Below are positions 1-12,892 of a stretch of DNA of 64,000 nucleotides, piece after piece. The notes under the pieces were generated by a model. That model was given only the letters and a program-made list of their open reading frames with translations, was not told the origin of the DNA and searched no databases. Source of the stretch: Octopus sinensis (lineage: Eukaryota); NCBI RefSeq assembly GCF_006345805.1, contig NC_043008.1, positions 9,796,001-9,860,000 on the forward strand, read 5' to 3'. Both the position numbers and the translations under genes were made by a program. The stretch's first letter is position 1, and every line of letters starts with the position of its first letter.

Positions 1-655
1 GGCTTCCGTTGTTTATTTATCTGTTTATCCATTCAGGTATTTTTGTTTAATTATTTTTACGAGTGTCTGTGTGTGTGTGTGTGTGTGTGTGTATTATTTT
101 ACTTGTTTCAGTAATTTGACTGCGGCCATACTGGAGCACCACATTGAAGGATTTTTTTAAAAGCGAAAATATCGATCCCAGGACGCATTTTTTTAAAGCC
201 CAATACTTATTCTATCGGCCTCATTTGCCGAACCACTAAGTGAGGAAAACATACACAGATACACACACATATTTATACGACGGGCTTCTTTCAGTTTCCG
301 TCTACCAAATCCATTCACATGACTTTGATCGGACCAAGGCTATAGTAGAAGACACTCGCCCAAAGTGTCACGCAGTGGGACTGAACTTGAAACTACGTTG
401 TTCAGAAGTAATATTCTTACCACACAGCCACCCTTGCCTCTGCACATACGTGTGTATGTGTGTGTAAATGTATGTGTGTGTATGGTTGTATCATTTAAAA
501 CGCAATATACCTTGTATATCAACATTAGTCTTTAATACACACATATACACATTAATATACACACACATATACACACATTATACATACAGGTAAATATATA
601 AATGTTGACATGTGCAAGCATAAGTGTGTATCACTTAATATTTGAAGGCTATTTA

Positions 656-1260
656 ATGCGACGAGCTGGCAGAATCGTTAGCACGCCGGGCGAAATGCGT
701 AGCCGTATTTCGTCTGCCGTTACGTTCTGAGTTCAAATTCCGCCGAGGTCGACTTTGCCTTTCATCCTTTCGGGGTCGTTTAAATAAGTACCAGTTGCGC
801 ATTGGAGTCGATATAATCGACTTAACCCGTTTATCTCTCCTTGTTTATCCTCTCTGTGTTTAGCCCCTTGTGGGTAATAAAGAAATGGGTATTTCGTCTG
901 CCGCTACGTTCTGAGTTCAAATTCCGCCGAGTTCGACTTTGCCTTTCATCCTTTCGGTGTCGATAAATTAAGTACCAGTTACTCACTGGGGTCGATGTAA
1001 TCGACTTAATCTCTTTGTCTGCTCTTGTTTGTCCCCTCTATGTTTAGCCCGTTGTGGACAATAAAGAAATAACAAACGTCGGGCGAAATGCTTTGCTGTA
1101 TTTCGTCTGTTTTTACGTTCTGAGTTCAAATTCCTCCGAGGTCGACGTTGCTTTTCATCCTTTCAGAGTCGATAAATTAAGTACCAGTTGCGTACTGGAG
1201 TCGAACTAATCGACTGGCCCCCTCCCCCATAATTTCGGGCCTTGTGCCTAGAGTAGAAAA
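656..1260 (+). mobile_element. SINE family A (tRNA head + Meta/MESC-like core), tandem trimer
   Basis: GAGCTGGCAGAATCGTTAGC..GTTCAAATTCCGCCGAGGTCGACTTTGCCTTTCATCCTTTCGGGGTCG..AAGTACCAG, with the core repeated three times. Confidence 0.85.
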
Positions 1261-1879
1261 TAATATTTGTAGGCTATCTGCGTATATTCACACCAGTGTG
1301 GATATGTGTATATGTTTTGTATGCGAGAATCATCTATATCTTAACATAGGTTTGTATAAATGTGCCTATATTTGTGTGTTTGTGTGTGTGTGTGCGTGAA
1401 AGTTGAAGTAATACATCAAAGAATTTAATTAATTACAAATTGAAAGCAAAACTTCTCTTAGAATGGTCTGAATTCTCTTTCTTTTTCATTTCTGCTCATA
1501 AATTTATAGCCACCCAAATTAGGAGCCATATTCACAAACTAAGGACAAACAAACAGTAAGATACGATAAAACACAACAAACCATCGTCTATCATTGTGTA
1601 TAGCGTCATATCGATAGATGTTGTCATTGTATGGAATAATGTTACTGTTGGTATTTTGAGATATAGAAACATGTTACTTCTGACATCTGACAATAGGTGA
1701 ATCGTTATTTGGCCCCAGCAGGCATTCATCCGGCTAACTTATGGTAAAAAAAATGATTTTTTCTTCAATCAAACAATATTTCGTACCACATAATCTATTG
1801 TGTCCTGTTTTGTGCAAGTGAAGTGTGAAGTCAAGATTTATGTTTTTTATTGTTTCTGGCAGATCTAGTGACAGTATAC

Positions 1880-1883
<4 letters not shown>

Positions 1884-1925
<42 letters not shown>

Positions 1926-2536
1926 TCTCTGTCTTTCTCTCTCACCCTCTCAGACTCTTTCTCTTTCTGTCTCTATGTCCATCTCTTTCCTTTCCTTTCT
2001 CTCTTTTTCTTTCTCTCTCTTTCTTTTTCTCTCACCTCTTTTTCCATGTCTGTCTCTCTTGTCTCTCTCTCCCGATCTCTCTCTGTTTCTATCTTTCTCT
2101 CGCTCGCTCTCTCTCTCTCTATTTGTCTCTCCCCCTCTTTCTCTCGCTCTCTATCCCTCCCACTCTCTCTTGCTCCCACTCTCTCTCCCTCTTTTTCTCT
2201 CTCGCTCTCTTTCCCTCCCTCTCTCTCTCTTTCCTTCGCTCTCTCTCTCTCTTTCTCTCTCCCATTTCTCTCTCTCTCGCTCTCTATCCCACCCTCTCTC
2301 TCGCTCTTTCTCTCTCTCACTCTCTCTCCTTCTCTATACCCCTCTCATTATTTCTCTCTCCCCCTCTCTCTCTCTCTTTCTCTCTCCCCTTTCTCTCTCT
2401 CTCTCGCTCTCTATCCCTCCCTCTCTCTCTCTATCTCTCTCCCCTTTCTCTTTCTCTCTCTCGCTCTTTCTCTCTCCCTCTCTCTCTCTCTCTTTATCTC
2501 TCTCTCTCTCTTTATCTCTCTCTCTCTCTCTCTCTG
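1884..2536. repeat. ~650-bp imperfect (CT)n polypyrimidine tract
   Basis: Almost exclusively C/T on the + strand; it explains the Leu/Ser and Arg/Glu ORFs. Confidence 0.95.
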
Positions 2537-2985
2537 GTGAGCCGGTTAACTTGTCTGTCCGCATAATAACCCAAATGTTACCAAACGTATGTCATCAAAA
2601 CCAGATTTGTCTGCTCGCCATAACCATTTTGTTTTAACGCTCTCACTCATTGAACTCCAGCCGCCCAGGACATCACCGTCGACAGCAAAATACTGACAAT
2701 CAATTATAACAAACGTCGGTATTCATTCCAGTCTCGTAATTCCCTTATCGATCTCTCTTTGACGAACCACCGATTAACGAGATGCAGAATAAAACTTGCA
2801 CTGGTGCAAGCATTAACATGACTGCACACACACAAATACACAGGTGCATGAAACAAACTTGTGTGTGCACATATGTATGCATCTATGTATAAACATGTGT
2901 ATGTATCTTTGCGTATGTCTCTATATATATGTATGTATATGGCAAAGTTAAGATCTTATCTACGAAACTATTTCATCGGTTATAA

Positions 2986-3381
2986 GGGCAGGAGTGACTG
3001 TGTGGTAAGTAGCTTCCTTACCAGCCGCATGGTTCCAGGTTCAGTCCCACTGCGTGGCACCTTGGGCAAGTAAGTCTCTTCTACTATAGCTTCGAGCCGA
3101 CCAAAGCCTTTTGAGTGGATTTGATAGACGGAAACTGAAAGAAGCCCGTCGTATATATATATGTGTGTGTGCGTGTGTGTTTTTCACCCCACCCCCCAAA
3201 ATCGCTTGACAACCGATTGGGGTGTGTTTACGTTCCCGTAACTTAGCGGTTCAGCAAAAGAGACCGATAGAATAAGTACTAGACTTACAAAGAATAAGTC
3301 TTGCGATCGATTTGCCCAATTAAAGGCGGTGCTCCAACATGACCGCATTCAAATGACTGAAACAAGTAAAAGAAAGAAAGA
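2986..3381 (+). mobile_element. SINE family B (tRNA head, CCTTGGGCAAG box, internal microsatellite, GAAACAAGTAAAAG tail)
   Basis: Further copies at 97-438 (-), 17249-17655 (+), 28197-28557 (-), 28800-29203 (-), 43173-43630 (+), 45527-45960 (+), 60522-60985 (+) and partial 24395-24560 (-). Confidence 0.88.
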
Positions 3382-4705
3382 ATCGGTTCTCAACCTCTGT
3401 CTTATAGAATAGAGCGAATGAGGCAAACCTTAACCTCGGTGGAATGCTGCTCTATACATTGTGTCATTTCTAGACCAATTGCTACTTGTTTTTGGTTTCC
3501 TGTTGTTAGAACGAGTGTTCTATCGAATCTTACTGTTTGTTTGTTCTTAGTTTGTGAATATGGCTCCAAATTTGGGTGGGTATTTATGAGCAGAAATGAA
3601 AACGAAAGAGAATTCAGACCATTCTAAGAGAGGTTTTGCTTTAAATTCGTAATTAATTAAATTCTTTGATGTATTATTTCAAGTTTCACACACACATACG
3701 CAGGCACAAACAAACACATTCAGAAATATAGGCACATTTATTACAAGAACCTTGTGATACAAGTGTCTTGTCAAGGACACAATGCGCCGCCGGGGTTTGA
3801 ACCCACGATCTTACGATCGTGAACCGAATATTCTAACCACAAAACCACGCAACTAGTTTTGCTGTGAACACTTGATATTTCGACAGCAATATCAACAAGA
3901 ACAACATCACTGTGTTTATCGTACACTCTGGAACGCAGAGCGCCCGGCAACATACTTCTTGGAATTTAGCTGCATGCCTTTACATTCTGAGTTCAAAACA
4001 AACTGGGGTCAATTTTGCGTTTCATCCAATTCAGATCGATAAAACCAGTCATGTTTCCACTCCTCCACCAAAATGTGTGACCTTATGCCAATGTTCAGAT
4101 CCATTCTTTATATCAAAGTGATAGGGAAGAATAACAACTGGAGAAACCAGGTCCACGAAACATTACCAGTTTCAAAACGAAGCCATTTTATTTCTCCTCT
4201 GCGCTATCAACCTTTTTAGGCAAAAACATGAAAAAGAAACAATAACCACATGCTTCGGTTTTCCCCTCCGCTCTTAAGCTGGGGTTTTTTTTTCAGCAAT
4301 TGAATTTGGTTAATAGATTTGGTCCATTAGGTTTGCATCTAATCTACAGTTTTTATATTTCACTTGAAACGAATATTGATTTTGAACTATAAATTTTAGA
4401 AAGACAAATGATCTAAATGAACTCATTGAGAAACTTCAGAACTGAAAATATCAACAACAAACATTCAGGAATTTTTTTTTAAGTGAAAGGATTCTGTATA
4501 AGTAGCAACTAATTGTACATTGAAACAGCTTTCGCTTGCCAGGTAAATGAGTACAAATCTTGTAGATTTGTTTTGTTTTAGATATTTTTACCAAAATATT
4601 TTTCGGTAATCTTGCTGGAATATTTCACCAATACACAAATACATACGCTCATTACGTTGTTGCCATCCAAAATATATTATTATTCTTGATGCCATTCTAA
4701 GTATA

Positions 4706-5095
4706 TTATTGTTGTTGTGGCCATACAAGGTACATTGTTGTTGTGGCAATACAAGGTACATTGTTGTTGTGGCAATACAAGGTACATTATTGTTGTGGCC
4801 ATACAAGGTACAGTGTTGGTGTGGCAATACAAGGTACATTGTTGTTGTGGCCATACAAGGTACAGTGTTGGTGTGGCAATACAAGGTACATTATTGTTGT
4901 GGCCATACAAGGTACAGTGTTGGTGTGGCAATACAAGGTACATTATTGTTGTGGCCATACAAGGTACAGTGTTGTTGTGACAATACAAGGTACTTTGTTG
5001 TTGTGGCCATACAAGGTACAGTGTTGTTGTGGCACTACAAGGTACATTGTTGTTGTGGCCATACAAGGTACAGTGTTGTTGTCGTAATACAAGGT
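4706..5095. repeat. 26-bp minisatellite, about 15 copies, with 52-bp higher-order alternation
   Basis: GTGGC(A/C)ATACAAGGTACA(T/G)T(G/A)TTG(T/G)T units start at 4717, 4743, 4769, 4795, 4821 and onward. Confidence 0.95.
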
Positions 5096-5227
5096 TCATT
5101 ATCAGTTGTTAGTTGTCGGAGCACTGCATCCTTCAAAACTTCCATGCTTCCTGAGATTCGCCAACACTACACCTAATTTTCTCCTCTCCATACACACGCA
5201 AACATGTATCTGATTCATACACTACAT

Positions 5228-5296
<69 letters not shown>

Positions 5297-5304
5297 CAGT
5301 ATGA

Positions 5305-5915
5305 AGCTGACGAGCTGGCAGAATCGTTAGCCCACCGGGCGAAGTGCTTAGCGGTATTTCGTCTGCCGTTACGTTCTGAGTTCAAATTTTGCCGAGGTTG
5401 ACTTTGCCTTTCATCCTTTCGGGGTCGATTAAATAAGTACCAGTTATGCACTGGGGTCGATATAATCGACTTAATCCGTTTGTTTGTCCTTGTTTGTCCT
5501 CTCTGTGTTTAGCCCCTTGTGGGCAATAAAGAAATAAGTATTTCGTCTGCTGCTACGTTCCGAGTTCAAATTCCAACTATGCTTTTTATCCTTTTGGGGT
5601 CAATAAATTAAGTATAACAGTTGAGTACTGGGGTTAACTTGCCCCTCCTCCAAAATTGTGGGCCTTGTGCCTATAGTAGAAAGGGTTATTTTTATTATTA
5701 TTAAGGCGGCGAGCTGGCAGAATCGTTAGCGCACTGGACGAAATGCTTAGAGGTATTTCGCCCGTTGCTACGTTCTGAGTTCAAATTCCGTCGCGGTCGA
5801 CTTTGCCTTTGATCCTTCCGGGGTCGATAAATTAAGTACCAGTGAAACAGTGAATTCGATAAAATCGACTTACCCCCTCTCCCAAAACTGCTACCCTTGT
5901 GGCAAAATTTGAAAC
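5305..5915 (+). mobile_element. SINE family A cluster
   Basis: Same head and core; heads at about 5305 and 5704. Confidence 0.85.
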
Positions 5916-5965
5916 ATTATTATTATCATTATTATTATTATTAATATTAATATTATTATTATTAC

Positions 5966-6002
<37 letters not shown>

Positions 6003-6556
6003 GAGTGAGAGAGCAGTTCATGCCATCAAAGTGACACTGGGGTAAAATATACGAAGCCCAATATACCCATCATGACTACCCGTCTGATAAAGGTACAAAG
6101 GCACATGCATCACAACCATATGTGCGCGACATGGTGATCTTATATCAAGATAAACAGCACATGACCTTGCAGGTGGGGCCCAGTTAGAATTTTCTTCAGG
6201 TTGAGTAGCCCATCCCGCTCAAACGGTCCCTGAATAAGGGTTGTTTAAGGATGTTGAAAGAACCACCCATGTTTCCAGAGGTGAACTATTCAAACCCCAA
6301 AGAATCCTCTCAACACATGGCTATGATGCTCCCCCACTACTTCTGCTCGTGATCAGAGATGCACATATCGTCAGCCACTAAGGGACATGCTCAACTGGTT
6401 AAGGTCAAACAACTGACAAGCAAATCTGTGGTATTGAGCAGAATATTTGCTGTAGCCCATCTTTTATACCAAGACAAAACAATGTACATGATAACACTTC
6501 CAATCAGTTAAGATCAGAAGCCATGAGAGCCACTGCCTGGTACTGCATCAGGGCAT
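6003..6556. mobile_element. ~550-bp non-coding interspersed repeat of unknown class, flanked by (ATT)n; partial copies at 49782-49975 and about 13466-13500
   Basis: The start GAGTGAGAGAGCAG..CATGCCATCAAAG and the block GGGGTAAAATATACGAAGCCCAATATACCCATCATGACTACCCGTCTGATA recur elsewhere in the window. No tRNA boxes or ORF recognised. Confidence 0.75.
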
Positions 6557-6598
6557 TTATTATTATTATTATTATTATTATTATCATTATTATTATTA

Positions 6599-6683
<85 letters not shown>

Positions 6684-9326
6684 CACGAAGCCGATGTAGT
6701 TTATCTGTTTGCCTGTTACATTTCAACAACTTGCAGTGGACTTTTATCGTTCACATGAAGTTTTTGAGGATTCCCTCTTAATCTTCAAACTTCCCTCGCT
6801 TACAAAAATGGCAATAGCTCGTCATATTCCTTTTCCACAAAGCTAAAGCAAATACGATTCAGCTTAAGGACGGTTCAATAGAATAAATTCGTTTCTCCAT
6901 ATTTACTTAATAACGTCAACCCTCCAGATAAAGTATGTTTTTCGACCAAACCTATTTCGCAAGAATCAGAAGTATCCCCAACCCGTAAAAGCATTTCGTA
7001 AGAAGTCTTGTTGGAATAAACTCCACTTTAGGTTATGGTTTAAGAATATCTATTTTCAGTTTTAAGAAGTCAGCTACACCAGGCTGGCATTATCATTTCC
7101 TATCTGTAATAGACAAAAGCATAAACAGCGAAATTAAATTCACTTTATTTTGAAGTAAATTCACGTTCCAACTTCTGTTAAACAAGGACCTATATTTATA
7201 CTCCACTGTGCTCGCCAAGCTAACTCACCAACGTGGTCAATGACATTTAATTTTCGTGACAAATCTCTAAAGAATAAGAACGAATAAATTAGCTGTTTAG
7301 TAGATAAACGAAGCCTTAGGAATTGTGAAGTTTGTAAGGTGGAGATAGCAGTTGGTTGAATGAAAAATTTATTTTGTATGCTTGATAAGGAAATTTAAAT
7401 CTCGAGAGAAAATCACAGCATAGAATATCACAACGTAGAAATTTTTCAGATACACCTAAGAAATATTCTCTAACCATTATTTATAGGATTTGATTTACAG
7501 TTGTTTTATACTTACTGCGTCTTATCTTTTCTTCTCCCAGTTCCTCTTCTTACGTTTATATTTTATCTATTATAATTGTTGTTGTTGTTGTTGTTATTTA
7601 AGGCGGTGTGCTGGGGTAGCTCGTTTCGTCAGCGGTATTTCGCCCGTCGCTAAGTTTTGAGTTCAAATTCCGCCGAGGTCGACTTTACATTTCATCCTTT
7701 CTGGGTCTATAAATTAAGTACCAGTGAAACACTGGGGTCGATGTAATCGATTAGTCCCCTACCACGAAATTTCAAATCATGTACCTATAGAAAAAATTAT
7801 TATTATTATTATTATTATTGCTTCTACCACATCATTTTGTTGCTGTGATTGTTACTACTTCTTTTTTTGTTTTATGGTTATTGTTGTTGTTGTCGTTGTT
7901 GATGATGATGGTGATGTTGTTATTTTTATTGTTGTTCTTATTGTTGTTTAGCCTTAGACCAACCTTAATAAAGGAGACTTATAATCAAAGACGTAACAGC
8001 CGTAACCGTGCTGTCATTTTTTTTGTTTTTTTGTTGTTGCTGATTTTTTTTGTTTTTGGGTTGTTTTTTTTTCAAACATAAGGTATACAGAATTATATTA
8101 TCCAATTTACTCTGCCTTCTTTTAAAATGTCAGGGTATTTTTTGAGATAGATTTAGGGCGGCCAGCTAACGGAATCGTTAGCGTATCGGACAAAATGTTT
8201 CACGGGATTTCTTCCGGCTTCACGTTCTAGGTTCAAAAGTGGTCGAGGCTAACATTACCTTTCGTCCTTTCCAGATCAATAAAACAAGTACCAGATAAGC
8301 AATTGGGAGCCAATGTAATCCACCTCTGCTTCCATTCAAAATTCTTAGCATTGTGCTGAAATTTTAAAAAATCACTTGAGAGAGATTTGGCTGCTATTTT
8401 TAACAGACAAATCGACTTCAAGAGTTTACTATATTTGATCGATTTTGTTGGTATTATTTGGGACGATGTCGCAATTTTTGTTGTCTTGTTATTCGTAGTT
8501 GTACAGCAGAAGTTTTTTTTATATGTTTGATGCTCTCCAACGCCGCCCTCTCAAAACTCAATTTCTCTCATGTTCCCAGGAGTGTTCCGGTCAATATTCA
8601 TAGACTTCAACAAGATAGAGCTTGTACGAGAGAAATGAAGAGATATTTTGCTCTAAGCAGAAACAATTTGCGATGTAAGATCATTAATGGCATCAGACAC
8701 CGAACAAGTTCTAACAATGTGTGAATGGTGCTGAATGTACAAGGAAGCTAATGTTGTTGCATTAGAATTTTAGTGTATGAATATCCGTCCTTCTTTTGAC
8801 ATATATGTATGTACATATGTATTATTATGTATGTATGTATGTATGTATGTATGTATGTATGTATGTATGTATGTATTATGTATGTATGTATGTACTTACG
8901 TAAGTATGTATATGTGTTTGTATGTATATATGTATATGTGTTTGTATTAGAATATTATTGTGTATGAATATCCGAGCTTTATTGACATATATGTATGCAT
9001 GTACTTATGTATGTATGTATGTATGTATGTGTGTGTGTATGTATGTATGTATGTATGTATGTATGTATGTATGTATGTATGCATATATGCATGCATGTAT
9101 GTACTTATGTAAGTTTGTATGTATGTATATGTGTTTGAATGTATATATGTATGTTTGTATGTATACATGCATATATGCCTGCATATATGTATGTATATAT
9201 GTATGTATGCATGTATGTGTGTGTATGTATGTATGTATGTGTCTATTATGTACTTAAGTATGTATGTATATATGTTTGAATGTATATATGTATGTATCTG
9301 TATGTATGTATGTATGTATCTTTATG

Positions 9327-9358
<32 letters not shown>

Positions 9359-9865
9359 CTTGGGAGAGGCAGGGCTTTGCGATCACATTTATTTTTAAAT
9401 GATATCATAAACCTAATTACCAAATGTATTCAGATAAGTGTATTAGGAGATGGGAAAATGGCGACCCTGTAAAATAAAATCTTGCGACTAACTTAACATA
9501 AATTCACAAATCAACGAGGGAGTAATCACAGAATCGCTCTGCCAGCCATAAATATCAATGGAATCACTCTCCAATCACATTGTACCAATTTGAATCAAGA
9601 TGATGATGAAGAAGAAGAAGAAGAAGAAGAAGAAGAAGAAGAAGAAGAAGGCACAAGGCCTTAAGGGGAAGGGGCTAGTCGATTATATCGACCCCAGTAC
9701 TTACTTTATCGACCCCGAAAGGATGAAAAGCAAAGTCGACCTCGGCGGAATTTGAACTCTGGAATATAAAGCCGGAAAAAATGCCGTAAAGCAGTTTGAC
9801 CGGTGTGCTAACTATTCTGATAGCTCACCACCGACTACTACTACTTCTACTACTACTACTACTAC

Positions 9866-9904
<39 letters not shown>

Positions 9905-9919
9905 CAACAACATCAGGTA

Positions 9920-10510
9920 GGATTTTCCACAGCTCATCTCATCGACAGAGCTACAGGCCTGGATTTAGAGTAGACCTAGAAAGGGTGTTTGACACTTGGA
10001 GTGTCGGCAAGTGATCAAAGCCCTCTCTGACCGTCGGGCAAGGCGGTCAGTGAAAGTCCCACATTGGAGTCTTATGGGAAAGTAGTGGCGAGCAAGAGCA
10101 ACAACGCCCCCGAGGAAACCTCTATGCTTCGGAAGGAATCAAATAGCTGGTCTTTTCCTGAGGACTTTTGGACGGGGCAGAAGTAGCTCTGCCGGTTCGG
10201 GACAACCTCCACAGGCACAGAAGCGCTGTCAGACGGACATATCCAAGATGTGCACAGGGCGATGAAACCGTTCTACATCCACTCGTCCAGCATCCGGATG
10301 TTGCAAAGACTTGCGGAGCTTTGTCGAACAGCTGTTGACGCGGATGCGTTGAGTTATCAGCCAAGTCCATCGTGAGATTCGCCTCGTCGCCTTCTTTTGA
10401 CCGGGAAGTGAAGGGAGTTTTCCTCTGTCTGGTGGCTATGGTGAAAAAGGTTGTGTGGTGGACAAGGCTCAATGTACAGAAGACACTTTTGGGGAATTTT
10501 ATTGTTTACT
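9920..10510 (+). mobile_element. L1/Tx1-type LINE 3' fragment (C-terminal zinc-knuckle region), degenerate
   Basis: Plus-frame translation gives ALPVRDNLHRH..YPRCAQGDETVLHPLVQHP..VFLCLVAMVKKVVWWTR. Confidence 0.65.
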
Positions 10511-10637
10511 TATTCTTGTTAATTGTTGTTTTTGCTGTATACACGTAATTTTGTGTTAAGCCCCACCCGTCCCTTGTTTTGTACTGTCCCATTTTTTCTG
10601 TATTCGACCCTTGTGGCCAATAAAGAAATTATTATTA

Positions 10638-10681
<44 letters not shown>

Positions 10682-10730
10682 GCCGCAGGTACGTTGGTGT
10701 AATGGTAACAAACTTGTCGCAAGCATAAAG

Positions 10731-10778
<48 letters not shown>

Positions 10779-11349
10779 GAGATAACCTCCAATGAAATTT
10801 CATTAATTATTGGAATATATAATATTCAGAGACTAATTCAAGATTTTTCAGTAATTACAAAGTTTTAGTAACCAACGCCTATAAATGGGAATTGTTGTGA
10901 CAAACACTAATTTTATCACTAAGAGACAATTTAAAACAGGTTATTACCATTTTAACATTATTAGCGTAATCATCCTCTCGAGAAACAACAAAATTCTGTA
11001 TCAATGTATTTCCTAAATTCAAATGTACGGATACACATATACGCATATGTGTGCACACGGGTGTTTGTGTATGGGGGGTATGTGTTGTGTGTGTGTTCAT
11101 GCGTAAGTGAGTGACTATATGTGTATAGAGATAGATGTATGCAAGCATATATATATATAATATATATATATATATGCATGTACATATATACATGCATATA
11201 TGTGCATGTATATATAAATATTATACACACACATATATATATGTATGTATATGTGTGTGTGTATACACAACATATATACGTATATGTATATATATGTTTG
11301 GTGATATGCTTTTATCATACACACACACACTCACACACACACACACACA

Positions 11350-11394
<45 letters not shown>

Positions 11395-11884
11395 CCATAG
11401 AATCGTTAATTTTTTTCTTCTTATTGCATCGCTCTAATAAGTTGTTTCCGTTATTTGCCCCACCAACATCGAGAAAAACATCTCCATTTTGCCTTCAATT
11501 TCAGTTCTGCTAATTATATTCCGAATTGTTTGTTTACATTCTACAACTGATGTCTACATGTAACGAAAACATCGACGCAAACCACGGCGCAGATTCCATT
11601 TTTCACACTTCAATTACAAATCAAAAGAAACCGTGAACATACAGAATTAACGCATCGATTTTTCTATCTCCATAACATACATACGTGAGAAAACACACAC
11701 ACAAACGTACATACATACATGCATACATACATATTTGTGTGTGTGTGTGTGTGTGTGTGTACATATATATATATATATATATATAATATATATATATTTA
11801 TATATTTATATATATATATATATTATATATTTATATATATATTTATATATATATATATATTTATATATATATTATATATATATA

Positions 11885-11916
<32 letters not shown>

Positions 11917-12191
11917 ATATATATATAGCAATTAAGGACAACTACTTAATAAGGAAAACTTAACAAGAAATTGTCAGGTAGATAGCGTGAAAACCTCATA
12001 AGAGAAAAAATTTCGAAAATAATTATTTCTTATTGAACATATTAATTTATATATAGAGGGCATTATACATACATGCCAAGGGCATTATACATACATGCCA
12101 CACGCTAAGAGGGACAATTAGTCATTTCTACCAAAAATATTACTAATCCCACCGAATGCAATTTTTCAAAGTAAGACATTTAAAAAATATA

Positions 12192-12237
12192 GACCTGTAT
12201 CACAGTGATTTCATACTTACGTATTCATCAGCAGGCC
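12192..12237 (-). ncRNA. Type I hammerhead ribozyme (inverted copy of 12627-12672)
   Basis: Exact reverse complement of the motif at 12627-12672. Confidence 0.9.
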
Positions 12238-12626
12238 TGAATGTATCATAAATAAACGACCCTGTCCCGCTTAAGCCGATCAGCTAACTGATCAACATCA
12301 ACGAAGCACATGGGTGAGTTTACATATATTACATCCTGTAAATGGCATACTTTTACGAATTGCATTTCGGAAAAGGAAAAGTTTTTTCGGAATAAAAATT
12401 TAGCAATTAAGGACAACTACTTAATAAGGAAAACTTAACAAGAAATTGTCAGGTAGATAGCGTGAAAACCTCATAAGAGAAAAAATTTCGAAAATAATTA
12501 TTTCTTATTGAACATATTAATTTATATATAGAGGGCATTATACATACATGCCAGAGGGCATTATACATACATGCCACACGCTGATCGGCTTAAGCGGGGC
12601 AGGGTCGTTTATTTATGATACATTCA

Positions 12627-12672
12627 GGCCTGCTGATGAATACGTAAGTATGAAATCACTGTGATACAGGTC
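12627..12672 (+). ncRNA. Type I hammerhead ribozyme, canonical core
   Basis: GGCCTG-CTGATGA-ATAC(GTAA)GTAT-GAAA-TCAC(T)GTGA-T-A^CAGGTC. Stem I is 6 bp, stem II is 4 bp with a GNRA loop, stem III is near-palindromic, and the cleavage triplet is AUA. Confidence 0.9.
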
Positions 12673-12859
12673 TATATTTTTTAAATGTCTTACTTTGAAA
12701 AATTGCATTCGGTGGGATTAGTAATATTTTTTGGTAGAAATGACTAATTGTCCCTCTTAGCGTGTGGCATGTATGTATAATGCCCTCTGGCATGTATGTA
12801 TAATGCCCTCTATATATAATATATATATATATATTTATATATATATAATATATATATAT

Positions 12860-12892
<33 letters not shown>

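Larger units (their letters stand above)
11926..12819 (-). mobile_element. Non-coding PLE pseudo-LTR element (partial tandem + inverted tail) carrying two hammerhead ribozymes
   Basis: 11926-12106 is repeated directly at 12401-12582, and about 12047-12284 is inverted at 12580-12819. HHR motifs lie at 12192-12237 (-) and 12627-12672 (+). Flanked by (TA)n; no ORF. Confidence 0.8.

Noticed and set aside
1825-2637. 270-aa Leu/Ser ORF and overlapping ORFs
   Set aside because: Translation of a (CT)n tract.
4706-5095. CRISPR-like regular repeat
   Set aside because: Contiguous tandem units without unique spacers, no cas genes, and a eukaryotic context.
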